Assembly (NCBI GenBank): GCA_965221165.1
Contig: CBDCRP010000003.1
Coordinates: 1,920,001-1,984,000 of the forward strand
Direction of reading: 5' to 3'
Length of the DNA: 64,000 nt
Source: a bacterium
GTDB lineage: Bacteria; UBA8248
A program made the position numbers and the translations under genes. The notes under the pieces were generated by a model. That model made no database searches. It was given only the letters and a program-made list of their open reading frames with translations, and had not been told where the DNA came from. Positions 39,207 through 48,169 of the stretch are shown piece after piece (within the stretch, counting starts at the first letter, position 1; the number at the start of each line of letters is the position of its first letter).

Positions 39207-41168
39207 ATGAGTGAAACCACGGCAGATGCACACGGCGCTCACGTCCACCACGAGGGTGGATTCTGGAGCACATACGTCTTCTCGACGGATCACAAGATGA
39301 TCGCCAAGCAGTTCCTTTGGCTCGGCCTCATCATGATGGTCGTCGGCGGAATCCTCGCCCTGATCTTCCGCTGGCAGCTCGCCTGGCCGGAAACCCAGGT
39401 CTGGGGCTTCGAGTGGATATCGGACGAGAGCGACGGGATGCCCGAGGGCTACGTCACGCCGAGCTTCTACAACATGGCGGTCACCATGCACGCGACGATC
39501 ATGGTATTCCTCGTCGTGATGCCGATTCTGGTGGGCTGTTTCGGGAACTTCCTCATCCCCCTGATGATCGGCGCGCGCGACATGGCGTTCCCGCTGCTGA
39601 ACATGCTTTCGTTCTGGGTCGCCGTTCTGGGCGCCGTCATCATGACCGCGGGATTCCTGGTCGAGGGAGGACACGCCGCTTCCGGCTGGACCGGCTACGC
39701 GCCCTTATCCACCGTGCCGGAATACACCGGCGTCTTCATGGGACAGACGTTATGGGCGATGAGTCTGTTCGTGCTGAGCTTCTCCTCCCTCATGGGGTCG
39801 ATCAACTACATCACCACGCTCATCAACATGCGCACGGAGGGCATGACCTGGTTCCGGGTGCCGCTCGTCGTGTGGTCTTTGTTCGTCACGGCCATCCTCG
39901 GCCTGCTGGCGCTGCCCATCCTGGGCTCCGCGGGCGCGATGATGATCTTCGATCGCGTGTTCGAGACGAACTTCTTCAACCCTCTCAAAGGAGGCGAACC
40001 CCTCCTGTGGCAGCACCTGTTCTGGTACTTCGGCCATCCTGAGGTCTACATCCTCATTCTGCCGGGCATGGGAATCGCCTCGGAACTTCTGAGCGTTTAC
40101 TGCAGAAAACCGATCTTCGGCTACCGCGCCATGGTGTACTCCATGCTCTCCATCGCCTTCTTGTCGTGGATCGTATGGGGCCACCACATGTTCCAGTCCG
40201 GCATGAACCCCGCCCTGGGGTCGGCCTTCATGATGACGACGCTCGTCATCGCGATACCCTCGGCGATCAAGACATTCAACTGGCTGGGCACCCTCTGGGG
40301 CGCCTCGATTCGCTTCACCGTACCGATGCTCCACGCCCTGGCCTTCGTCATTCTGTTCGTCATCGGCGGGTTGAGCGGCATATTCATGGCCTCGAACGTG
40401 GTGGACATCTACATTCACGACACGTATTTCATCGTGGCGCATTTCCACTACGTCATCTTCGGCGGCAGCGTCTTCGCGCTCTTCGGCGGCATACAGCACT
40501 GGTTCCCGAAAATGTTCGGAAAAGCCATGGACGAGGCGCTGGGCAAGGTGCACTTTTGGCTCACGTTCATCTTCTTCAACATGGTGTTCTTCCCGATGCA
40601 CATCCTAGGCGTGGGCGGCCACATGCGGCGCATCTACAACCCCATGCAGTATGAATTCTTACAAGGCATGCAGCCGATGAACGTGATGATCACCCTCTCG
40701 GCCCTGGCCCTGGGACTCTCGCAGATTCCCTTCGTGTTCAATTTCTTCGCCACCGTCTTCCGCTGGAACGCGAGGTGGTTCCGGGTTCTCACCCAGGCGG
40801 TTTCGGCCCTCGTCGTCGGCTTCATCGGCTACAAGAGCACGGCGGCGTTGATAGAGGGCTTCATGGAGCCCGAACCCTCCACGGGCGGACGCATTCTCGG
40901 CGCGATCGTCTTCGTCGTTCTGGCGGCCTTGATATACCGCTATCTGGAGAAGAACATGGCCCCGCTGGGAGCCGACGCGCCCCAGAATCCATGGGACGCC
41001 AACACGCTCGAATGGGTCGCGCCCACGCCAGCGCCTCACGGCAACTTCGGCCCCACGCTGCCTGTGGTCCGGCGCGGGCCCTATGAATACAGCGTCCCCG
41101 GCGAGAGCGCGGACTGGGCGCCGCAGACGGAAGCCATAGACCCTGCGCTCGCCGAATCCGGACACTAG
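39207..41168 (+). CDS. coxA: Cytochrome c oxidase subunit I (A1 type)
   Basis: TMHATIM, WYFGHPEVYI, VWGHHMF, VAHFHYV, MRRIY. Confidence 0.97.
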   Translation: MSETTADAHGAHVHHEGGFWSTYVFSTDHKMIAKQFLWLGLIMMVVGGILALIFRWQLAWPETQVWGFEWISDESDGMPEGYVTPSFYNMAVTMHATIMVFLVVMPILVGCFGNFLIPLMIGARDMAFPLLNMLSFWVAVLGAVIMTAGFLVEGGHAASGWTGYAPLSTVPEYTGVFMGQTLWAMSLFVLSFSSLMGSINYITTLINMRTEGMTWFRVPLVVWSLFVTAILGLLALPILGSAGAMMIFDRVFETNFFNPLKGGEPLLWQHLFWYFGHPEVYILILPGMGIASELLSVYCRKPIFGYRAMVYSMLSIAFLSWIVWGHHMFQSGMNPALGSAFMMTTLVIAIPSAIKTFNWLGTLWGASIRFTVPMLHALAFVILFVIGGLSGIFMASNVVDIYIHDTYFIVAHFHYVIFGGSVFALFGGIQHWFPKMFGKAMDEALGKVHFWLTFIFFNMVFFPMHILGVGGHMRRIYNPMQYEFLQGMQPMNVMITLSALALGLSQIPFVFNFFATVFRWNARWFRVLTQAVSALVVGFIGYKSTAALIEGFMEPEPSTGGRILGAIVFVVLAALIYRYLEKNMAPLGADAPQNPWDANTLEWVAPTPAPHGNFGPTLPVVRRGPYEYSVPGESADWAPQTEAIDPALAESGH

Positions 41169-41201
41169 TTCCGAAGCACGCTACCCCGGGAGAGAACGCG
41201 C

Positions 41202-42146
41202 ATGGCATCTACCCGCCGCGACGGCCTCCCCGCCACGAACGGGGGAGTCTGGCCGCATCGTTTCGCCCTGCTCACCTGCATCTTCACCGTCGCCCTCATT
41301 CTCGCCGGCGGCCTGGTGACGAGCACGGGTTCGGGTCTGGCCGTTCCCGACTGGCCCACCACGTTCGGCTACAACATGTTCCTCTTCCCGTGGTCGAAGA
41401 TGGTGGGCGGCATCTTCATCGAACACTCACACCGCCTGCTCGGCTCGCTGGTCGGGCTCCTCACCATTCTGACGGCCGCCTCCATCTGGAAAACGGATGA
41501 GCGCAAATGGATGCGCAGGCTGGGCGCGTTCGCGGTCGGCCTGGTGATTTTGCAGGGCGTGCTCGGCGGCATGCGGGTGGTGCTCATCAAACTCAACCTG
41601 GCCATCGTCCACGCCTGCGTCGCCCAGATTTTCTTCGGCCTCATGGTGAGCATGGCTCTGTTCACTTCTCGCGGCTGGCGGGAGGATACCGGAGAAATGG
41701 GCGATAAGAGCCTGGCGAGATTGAGTCTCATCACGGTCTTGCTGCTCTACGTCCAGATCATCTTCGGCGCGGTGCTCCGCCACACCGGAAACAGGCTGGA
41801 CGCCCACCTGCTCTTCGCCGTTTTGAGCAGCGTACACGTCATCCTCCTCGCCTACCGGGTATTGAAGCTGCCGAACCCCGGCGCGCTCGCGAAAGAGGCG
41901 AACTGCCTCTGGGTCTTGCTGCTCGTACAACTCGCGCTCGGCGGCGCTTCGTGGTTCGGAAAATACGCCGCCCTGGGCGACGCCTTCACTCCCGGCCTCA
42001 TCATCGCGCTCACGTCTTCGCACGTCGTGGTGGGAGCGATGCTGTTCGCGACTTCGCTCGTCGTGGCCCTTCGTCTTAATACAGGCGCTTTGTTTGCCTT
42101 CAAGACCCCCGAAGCGCCGGTTGCGGCGGGAGGTGCTCGCGCATGA
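41202..42146 (+). CDS. ctaA: Heme A synthase (COX15/CtaA)
   Basis: GGLVTSTGSGLAVPDWP, EHSHR, QGVLGG, conserved TM histidines. Confidence 0.92.
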   Translation: MASTRRDGLPATNGGVWPHRFALLTCIFTVALILAGGLVTSTGSGLAVPDWPTTFGYNMFLFPWSKMVGGIFIEHSHRLLGSLVGLLTILTAASIWKTDERKWMRRLGAFAVGLVILQGVLGGMRVVLIKLNLAIVHACVAQIFFGLMVSMALFTSRGWREDTGEMGDKSLARLSLITVLLLYVQIIFGAVLRHTGNRLDAHLLFAVLSSVHVILLAYRVLKLPNPGALAKEANCLWVLLLVQLALGGASWFGKYAALGDAFTPGLIIALTSSHVVVGAMLFATSLVVALRLNTGALFAFKTPEAPVAAGGARA

Positions 42147-43033
42147 CGAATTTCCGCACCGATGCGATAAATCTGGGCAGCGCCAAAAGAAGGGCGGTGG
42201 ATTATCTGGAACTCACGAAGCCGCGCATCCTGCCGATGGTGCTGGTCGTCACCGCCGCGGGGTTTTACCTCGCCTCGGACGCAGGCGTTCAAATCGTCCT
42301 GCTCATCCACACGCTCATCGGCGCAGCGCTTGCGACGGGCGGCGCGCTGGCCCTGAACCAGGCGTCCGAAGAAGACCTGGACGCGCGGATGATCCGCACG
42401 CAAAAGCGCCCGCTGCCCGCCGGACGCCTCCTGAAGCTGGACGCCCTGCTGTTCGGCTCCGCCATCACGCTTTTGGGCGTGGCCTATCTGGCCGTTTTCG
42501 TGAACCCCTTCACCGCGCTTCTCATCGCGGCCACCGGCGGGCTCTATCTGTTTTTATACACGCCGCTCAAGCGAACGACCTCGCTGAACAGCGTGGTGGG
42601 CGCGGTTCCGGGAGCCATGCCCCCGCTCATCGGCTGGGCGGCGGCCACGGGCGCGCTCTCGATTGAGTCGTTCGTGGTCTTCTCCATCATGTTTCTCTGG
42701 CAGATCCCCCATGCGCTGGCCATCGCCGTGATGTACCGCGAGGATTTCGAGAGAGCCGATATCAAGCTCCTGCCCGTCGAGGACCCCGGCGGCGCGAGCA
42801 CGGGCAGGCAGGTCCTCTCGTATTGCATGGCCCTCATTCCCGCAGGCATGGCCCCGGCCATCATCGGCATGGCGGGCCCGGTTTATTTCGTGGTCTCCAC
42901 GGTCCTGGGAATCATCTACCTGGGTTACGGGGTTCACATGGCCAGAGGAAAAGGCGTCGCGTCCGCAAGGCGGCTGTTCTACTATTCTCTGGTTTATCTG
43001 CCGGCTCTATTGCTGGCGATGATTTTTGGTTAA
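42143..43033 (+). CDS. ctaB: Protoheme IX farnesyltransferase
   Basis: LTKPRI, DARMIRTQKRPLPAG, YTPLKR, PPLIGW, LWQIPH. Confidence 0.95.
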   Translation: MTNFRTDAINLGSAKRRAVDYLELTKPRILPMVLVVTAAGFYLASDAGVQIVLLIHTLIGAALATGGALALNQASEEDLDARMIRTQKRPLPAGRLLKLDALLFGSAITLLGVAYLAVFVNPFTALLIAATGGLYLFLYTPLKRTTSLNSVVGAVPGAMPPLIGWAAATGALSIESFVVFSIMFLWQIPHALAIAVMYREDFERADIKLLPVEDPGGASTGRQVLSYCMALIPAGMAPAIIGMAGPVYFVVSTVLGIIYLGYGVHMARGKGVASARRLFYYSLVYLPALLLAMIFG

Positions 43034-43040
43034 GACGCCG

Positions 43041-43151
43041 ATGGACAAAACCCAAACCAGGAGCAAGAACCGGCGCACCGGAATTCTTCTTTTTCTCTTC
43101 ATCGTGTGTCTGGCCGGTTTTGCGTGGACGATGGCCCTCATCAGAAATTAA
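43041..43151 (+). CDS. Small (36 aa) single-TM protein within the cox cluster, below the ORF-track cutoff
   Basis: MDKTQTRSKNRRTGILLFLFIVCLAGFAWTMALIRN fills the ctaB-coxC gap. Confidence 0.65.
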   Translation: MDKTQTRSKNRRTGILLFLFIVCLAGFAWTMALIRN

Positions 43152-43166
43152 AGCGGGAGCACTCCC

Positions 43167-43868
43167 TTGAATCCGGTACTCGAAGCGCCACCTAAAAAAG
43201 AAACCCCGGAGCAATGGGGGGGAGGCGCGCCCCCGCCTCCGCCGGAACCGCCTGAGGACAACGGAGGAAACGGGGGAGGCGGAGACGATTCTTCGGATTC
43301 ACCTTCCGCCGGAAAACCCCTGCTCGGAAACACCCAACTCGCCATGCTGGTGCTCATCGCGGCGGAAGTCATGTTCTTCTCGGGCCTCGTGGGCGCTTTT
43401 CTCGTCTTTCGCTTCAGCGGAAAACCCTGGCCGCCGCCCTTTCAGCCGCGCCTGCCCGTGGAAGTCACCGCCGTCAACACGGCCTTCCTGCTGCTGAGCA
43501 GCTACACCATGGCCCGCGCGCAGCTTTCGCTCAAAAGAAACGACGCGAAGGCGCTACCGCGACTCCTCACCATCACGGGCGCTTTGGGGGTTTTGTTTCT
43601 CGCGATACAGGGCTACGAGTGGATTCGGCTGGTCAATTTCGGCCTCACCGCATCGGCGAACGTCTACGGCTCGATCTTCTACACCATCATCGGCACGCAC
43701 GGGGTTCACGTACTGAGCGCCGTCGTCTGGCTGGTCGTGGTTCTGGTTCACGCGCATATGGGCAAGTATTCCGCACAAAAGCCCGCCGGCGTCGTCGCGT
43801 GCGCGATGTACTGGCATCTGGTGGTGGGGCTGTGGCCGATCCTGTTCTATCTGGTCTACCTGCTGTAA
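43167..43868 (+). CDS. coxC: Cytochrome c oxidase subunit III family protein (copy 1)
   Basis: EVMFFSGL, NTAFLLLSS, FYTIIGTHGVHV, YWHLV. Confidence 0.92.
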   Translation: MNPVLEAPPKKETPEQWGGGAPPPPPEPPEDNGGNGGGGDDSSDSPSAGKPLLGNTQLAMLVLIAAEVMFFSGLVGAFLVFRFSGKPWPPPFQPRLPVEVTAVNTAFLLLSSYTMARAQLSLKRNDAKALPRLLTITGALGVLFLAIQGYEWIRLVNFGLTASANVYGSIFYTIIGTHGVHVLSAVVWLVVVLVHAHMGKYSAQKPAGVVACAMYWHLVVGLWPILFYLVYLL

Positions 43869-43939
43869 TGGTTCCGGAACCGCCGAAAACGTTGACACTT
43901 TCCCGAGGCGGGTGGCATACTCGCCTCAAGGAGATTCAA

Positions 43940-44176
43940 GTGAAACCAGTCGTTACCATGCTCGCCGCCGCTGCCTTGGGGATTGAATTCCTGCTCCAGC
44001 GCTCCGCCTTCGCCTGCGCGGTGTGCGGTGTGGACGGCGAGCCGGGTTTTCTGTGGAGCATGGGCTTTCTGATCAGCATGCCGTTCGTGATCGCCATGAT
44101 TACGGGCGGTTATTTCGTATACAGTTCCCGGCGGGAAAAGAGGCCGCCGGTGAATAAACGCATTTTTTCTGAATAA
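43940..44176 (+). CDS. Small membrane protein with a CxxC after the signal peptide
   Basis: AAGGAG RBS, GTG start, SAFACAVCG, then a TM helix. Confidence 0.7.
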   Translation: MKPVVTMLAAAALGIEFLLQRSAFACAVCGVDGEPGFLWSMGFLISMPFVIAMITGGYFVYSSRREKRPPVNKRIFSE

Positions 44177-44191
44177 GAAGGAGAAGGCGCA

Positions 44192-44815
44192 GTGAGTGAA
44201 GCCGCCGCCGTGGATCACGCCCACGGAGTGGAACCAGCGGAAACCCCGCTTACCCCCGAGAGCTGGGGCAAGCTGGGAATGTGGGTATTTCTGGCGGGCG
44301 ACGCCATGTCGTTCGGAACCCTGTTGGCGGGCTACGCCATCATGCGGGGCAACAGCGCGAACTGGCCGGTGCCCGTGGACGTGCTGGGCATTTCGCTCAC
44401 CGCGTTCATGACGTTTTTGCTCATATGCAGCAGCGTCACGATGGTGAAGGGCCTGGACGCCATCAAAAGGGGAGATCAGGCGAGCCTGGTCAAATTTATG
44501 TGGCTCACCGTCGGCGGTGGCCTCATATTCCTGGGCTTACAAGCCTATGAGTGGACCCACCTGATCCACGAGGGTCTCCACCTTTCCGGCAACAAGTGGG
44601 GCGACAGCCTCTTCGGCACCACCTTCTACATCATCACGGGCTTCCACGGGATGCACGTGACGGGCGGCGTCATCTACCTGTCCGTCATCGCGATGCGCGG
44701 CAAAAAGGGCGTTTATTCGACGACGAACTGGAACGAGGTGGAAATCGCGGGCCTCTACTGGCACTTCGTGGACCTCGTCTGGATTCTCGTATTCACGTTC
44801 ATCTATCTATTGTAA
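44192..44815 (+). CDS. coxC: Cytochrome c oxidase subunit III family protein (copy 2)
   Basis: KLGMWVFL, ITGFHGMHV, GLYWHFVDLVW. Confidence 0.93.
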   Translation: MSEAAAVDHAHGVEPAETPLTPESWGKLGMWVFLAGDAMSFGTLLAGYAIMRGNSANWPVPVDVLGISLTAFMTFLLICSSVTMVKGLDAIKRGDQASLVKFMWLTVGGGLIFLGLQAYEWTHLIHEGLHLSGNKWGDSLFGTTFYIITGFHGMHVTGGVIYLSVIAMRGKKGVYSTTNWNEVEIAGLYWHFVDLVWILVFTFIYLL

Positions 44816-44872
44816 CCATCCCGGGCGCGTCCTGGGCGCGCTCGGGTTCGTTCGAGGGAGAGCACATACATC

Positions 44873-45169
44873 ATGGCCAGCGCAAGCCACACGAACCACG
44901 ACGATCATCACGTGAGCTACATGACCATCTTCTGGTGGCTCCTGGCGCTCACGATACTCGAAATCATGGCAGGCTTGCCCCAGGCGAGTCCCGCCTATCC
45001 GCAGCTTTTGAAGGGAGCGCTCCTCGTCGGCATGGCCGTGGCCAAGGCGGCGTTGGTGGCCCTTTACTTCATGCACCTCAAATTCGAGAAAGTGGCGCTG
45101 GGCTTCATCGCCATGATACCGCTCGTGCTGTGCGTGTTCGTCGTGTTGATGGTGCTGCCTGATTTTTAG
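44873..45169 (+). CDS. coxD: Cytochrome c oxidase subunit IV family protein
   Basis: LLALTILE, KAALVALYFMHLKFE. Confidence 0.9.
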   Translation: MASASHTNHDDHHVSYMTIFWWLLALTILEIMAGLPQASPAYPQLLKGALLVGMAVAKAALVALYFMHLKFEKVALGFIAMIPLVLCVFVVLMVLPDF

Positions 45170-45200
45170 GCCGCCGCCGCCGGACGTTTCAAAAAAATTC

Positions 45201-45626
45201 ATGTCGCTTCGAGATCTGCCCACCCTGAACGCCTTGTTGAACGCCACGAGCGCGGCTTTGCTCATGCTGGGCGTGAAGCAGATTTACGCCAAAAACGTGG
45301 AAGCCCACAAGCGCTTCATGGTGAGCGCATTTCTCGTATCCACCCTGTTTCTCGTTTCTTATCTCGTCTATCACTTCAACGTGGGTTCGGTGGGCTTCAC
45401 CGGCACGGGCTGGATTCGCCCGGTGTATTTCTTCATCCTCATCACCCATTCGGTGCTGGCCGTCCTGGTGCCGCCCATGGCGATCGTCACCCTCTACAGG
45501 GCGTGGCGGGGGGATTTCGAGCGGCACCGCCGCATCGCGCGCTGGACGTATCCCGTCTGGCTCTACGTTTCCCTCACCGGCGTCATGGTCTATCTGCTCC
45601 TCTACGTCTTCTACCCGAGGGCATGA
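45201..45626 (+). CDS. DUF420 (CtaM/YozB-like) membrane protein
   Basis: LPTLNALLN, HKRFM, YFFILITH, HRRIARWTYPVWLYVSLTG. Confidence 0.92.
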   Translation: MSLRDLPTLNALLNATSAALLMLGVKQIYAKNVEAHKRFMVSAFLVSTLFLVSYLVYHFNVGSVGFTGTGWIRPVYFFILITHSVLAVLVPPMAIVTLYRAWRGDFERHRRIARWTYPVWLYVSLTGVMVYLLLYVFYPRA

Positions 45627-46000
45627 GAGGGTTCCTGCGCGCCATAAGGCGCGGGAGCATGCTGGTGTGCCCGAGATGTCCCGAACCCCTTTTCACCGGT
45701 CTTTTCCAAATGCACAAAAGATGCCCGGGCTGCGGCTACCTCATCGAGCGTGAGCAGGGCTATTTCATCGGCGCCATCTACATCAACTACGCCATCACGA
45801 TCATCATCTGTCTGAGCGGTTATTTCCTGACCGAAATCTTCATCGCCCCGGGACTCGCGGCGCAGCTCATCATCTGGGGTGGGCTTTGCATTCTGATTCC
45901 GCTATTCTCGTTTCGCTACTCGCGCGCCATCTGGCTGAACGCGGATTATTTTTTCAGCCGGAAATTCTCACCCGACGATGATGAGGATTCAGCGAATTGA
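45623..46000 (+). CDS. DUF983-like protein
   Basis: CPRC..LF..CPGCG..ERE.GYF, two TM helices. Confidence 0.8.
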   Translation: MRGFLRAIRRGSMLVCPRCPEPLFTGLFQMHKRCPGCGYLIEREQGYFIGAIYINYAITIIICLSGYFLTEIFIAPGLAAQLIIWGGLCILIPLFSFRYSRAIWLNADYFFSRKFSPDDDEDSAN

Positions 46001-46962
46001 ACCCGAATCCCGCCCTCTCCGTCCAAGGCGTCACCCACCGCTACGGAAATCGCGTGGCGCTCAAGGACGTGCGCTTCGAGGTTTCAGAGGGTGAGATTTT
46101 CACGCTCCTGGGTCCTAACGGCGGCGGCAAGACCACCTTGTTCCGCATCATCACCACGCTCATGCGCGCGACGTCGGGCGACGCCCGCGTGTTCGGCCAT
46201 TCGGTGCGGGATGCGCCCCACGCGGTGCGAAAGAGAATCGGCGTCGTCTTTCAGCAACCAAGCCTGGACCCGAAGCTCACCGTGTTCGAAAACATGGTCC
46301 ACCACGGAAGGCTCCACGGGATGCTGGGGGCTCCTCTGCAAAACGCCGCAGCCGCGCTCCTCGCGCAATTCGGCCTGAGCGAGCGGAAAAAGGATTACGT
46401 CGAAACCCTCTCCGGCGGGCTGCAGCGCAGGGTGGAACTCGCCAAGGCGCTCCTGCCCCGGCCCGAGATATTGTTCCTGGATGAACCCAGCACGGGGCTC
46501 GACCCCGGAGCCAGAATCGATTTCAGGAACGAACTAAAGCGCCTGCGCAGCGAGACGAATACCACGGTCGTGCTCACCACGCATTTCATCGAGGAGGCCG
46601 ACCATGCGGATCGGGTGGGCGTCATCCACGAGGGCAACCTCGTCGCCATCGGCGCGCCCGACGCCCTCAAAAAAGAAGTGGGCGGCGAGGTGCTGACCAT
46701 CGAGGCGCAAGATCCCGAATCCCTGCACCCGAAGTTGGCGGAAATGTTCTCTTGCGAGGTGAAGAGCGTGGACGGCTCCCTGCGCGCCGAGATGCGCGAC
46801 GCCCACGCGGCCATCCCGAAAATCGCAGAGGCGTTCCCCGGCGAGGTGCGCTCCATCACGCTGGGCAAGCCCACGCTCGAGGACGTTTTCATCAACCAGA
46901 CGGGAAAGCGCTTCGTCGACGCGGACGAGGACACCCCCGATCCGAAGGCGCGAAAGTCATGA
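45997..46962 (+). CDS. ABC-2 exporter ATP-binding protein
   Basis: GPNGGGKT, LSGG, LDEPSTGLDP, PTLEDVF. Confidence 0.95.
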   Translation: MNPNPALSVQGVTHRYGNRVALKDVRFEVSEGEIFTLLGPNGGGKTTLFRIITTLMRATSGDARVFGHSVRDAPHAVRKRIGVVFQQPSLDPKLTVFENMVHHGRLHGMLGAPLQNAAAALLAQFGLSERKKDYVETLSGGLQRRVELAKALLPRPEILFLDEPSTGLDPGARIDFRNELKRLRSETNTTVVLTTHFIEEADHADRVGVIHEGNLVAIGAPDALKKEVGGEVLTIEAQDPESLHPKLAEMFSCEVKSVDGSLRAEMRDAHAAIPKIAEAFPGEVRSITLGKPTLEDVFINQTGKRFVDADEDTPDPKARKS

Positions 46963-47738
46963 CTCCCTATCTGCTGTGCACGGGAACGATTTGGCAGCGC
47001 GAGATCATCCGCTTCTTGCGCCAGAGAAGCCGCATCATCGGTGCGTTCGGCCAGCCCATCCTGTTCTGGCTCCTGCTGGGCAGCGGCTTCGGGCGGAACT
47101 TCCGCTACGCGGGCGGCGGCGGGGAGGGATACCTGGAATACTTCTATCCGGGCATCATCGCCATGGTGGTGCTCTTCACGGCCATCTTCTCCACTTTCGC
47201 CGTGGTGGACGACAGAAAGGCGCGCTTCTTACAAGGCGTGCTCGCAGCCCCCGTTCCGCGTTCGGCCATCGTGCTGGGACAAGTGATGGGCGGGGCGACG
47301 CTGGCGCTCCTACAAGGCGTTCTCCTGCTCGTCGCCACGCCTCTGGCGGGCGTTCCGCTCACGCTGGAAGCGGCCCTGGCCTCCATATTGGTGATGGGCC
47401 TGATCGGCTTCGCGCTGACTGCGCTCGGCCTTTTGCTCGCCTGGCGAATCGAATCCACCCAGGGTTTTCACTCCATCATGAACCTGCTGCTCATCCCCTT
47501 GTGGCTGCTCTCGGGCGCGGTGTTCCCGGTTGCGGGCGCGCACCCGCTCATCGGACTCATCATGCAGGTAAACCCGCTCACCTACGGCGTGGCGGCTCTG
47601 AGAAGAACGCTGTACCTGAGCGCGCCGGACGCCGTGGCCACCCTGCCGGGGCTTTGGATCTCCCTCCTCATCATGCTCCTCTTCGGCGGCGTCGCCTTCG
47701 TTCTCGCGGTGCGAACCGCCGAGAAAAGCGAGGGCTGA
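46959..47738 (+). CDS. ABC-2 exporter permease
   Basis: YFYPGI, LSGAVFP, NPLTYGV. Confidence 0.92.
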   Translation: MTPYLLCTGTIWQREIIRFLRQRSRIIGAFGQPILFWLLLGSGFGRNFRYAGGGGEGYLEYFYPGIIAMVVLFTAIFSTFAVVDDRKARFLQGVLAAPVPRSAIVLGQVMGGATLALLQGVLLLVATPLAGVPLTLEAALASILVMGLIGFALTALGLLLAWRIESTQGFHSIMNLLLIPLWLLSGAVFPVAGAHPLIGLIMQVNPLTYGVAALRRTLYLSAPDAVATLPGLWISLLIMLLFGGVAFVLAVRTAEKSEG

Positions 47739-47823
47739 GCCCGAGGCTCAAAATCCAGACCTCAAGATAGATGGGGATGACGGCAAAGCAGGGAAAGCGC
47801 AGCATAACGCGCAAGCCTGAAAC

Positions 47824-48147
47824 TCAGGGCAGACGATTCACATACCCCGCCACGTTATCGAGCGCCTCGCCCCTGACGTGGGGCAGGGCGGGCATTTTAT
47901 TTTTGCCCTGCTTCACGACCTCTTTAATATAGGCGCGAGGAAGCGCGCGGCCGCGCAGGGGGTTTCCCAGTCCACCTTTTCCCTCACCATGCGCACCATG
48001 GCAGGCGGCGCACGTCCGAGCGTAGACCGTCCCGCCGTCGCCCGTGGTGAGGGACGTCTCTTTTCGCTCCGGGTTTTGAAAGACGAGCAAAAAAGCGACA
48101 AACGCGCCGCCCAAGGCGAGAAACGAAACGACGACCCATTTGCCCAA
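47824..48147 (-). CDS. Monoheme cytochrome c with N-terminal anchor
   Basis: CAACHG and distal KMPA. Confidence 0.88.
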   Translation of the reverse strand: MGKWVVVSFLALGGAFVAFLLVFQNPERKETSLTTGDGGTVYARTCAACHGAHGEGKGGLGNPLRGRALPRAYIKEVVKQGKNKMPALPHVRGEALDNVAGYVNRLP

Positions 48148-48169
48148 GTTCCAAGGCGTCCTGAGCGCT

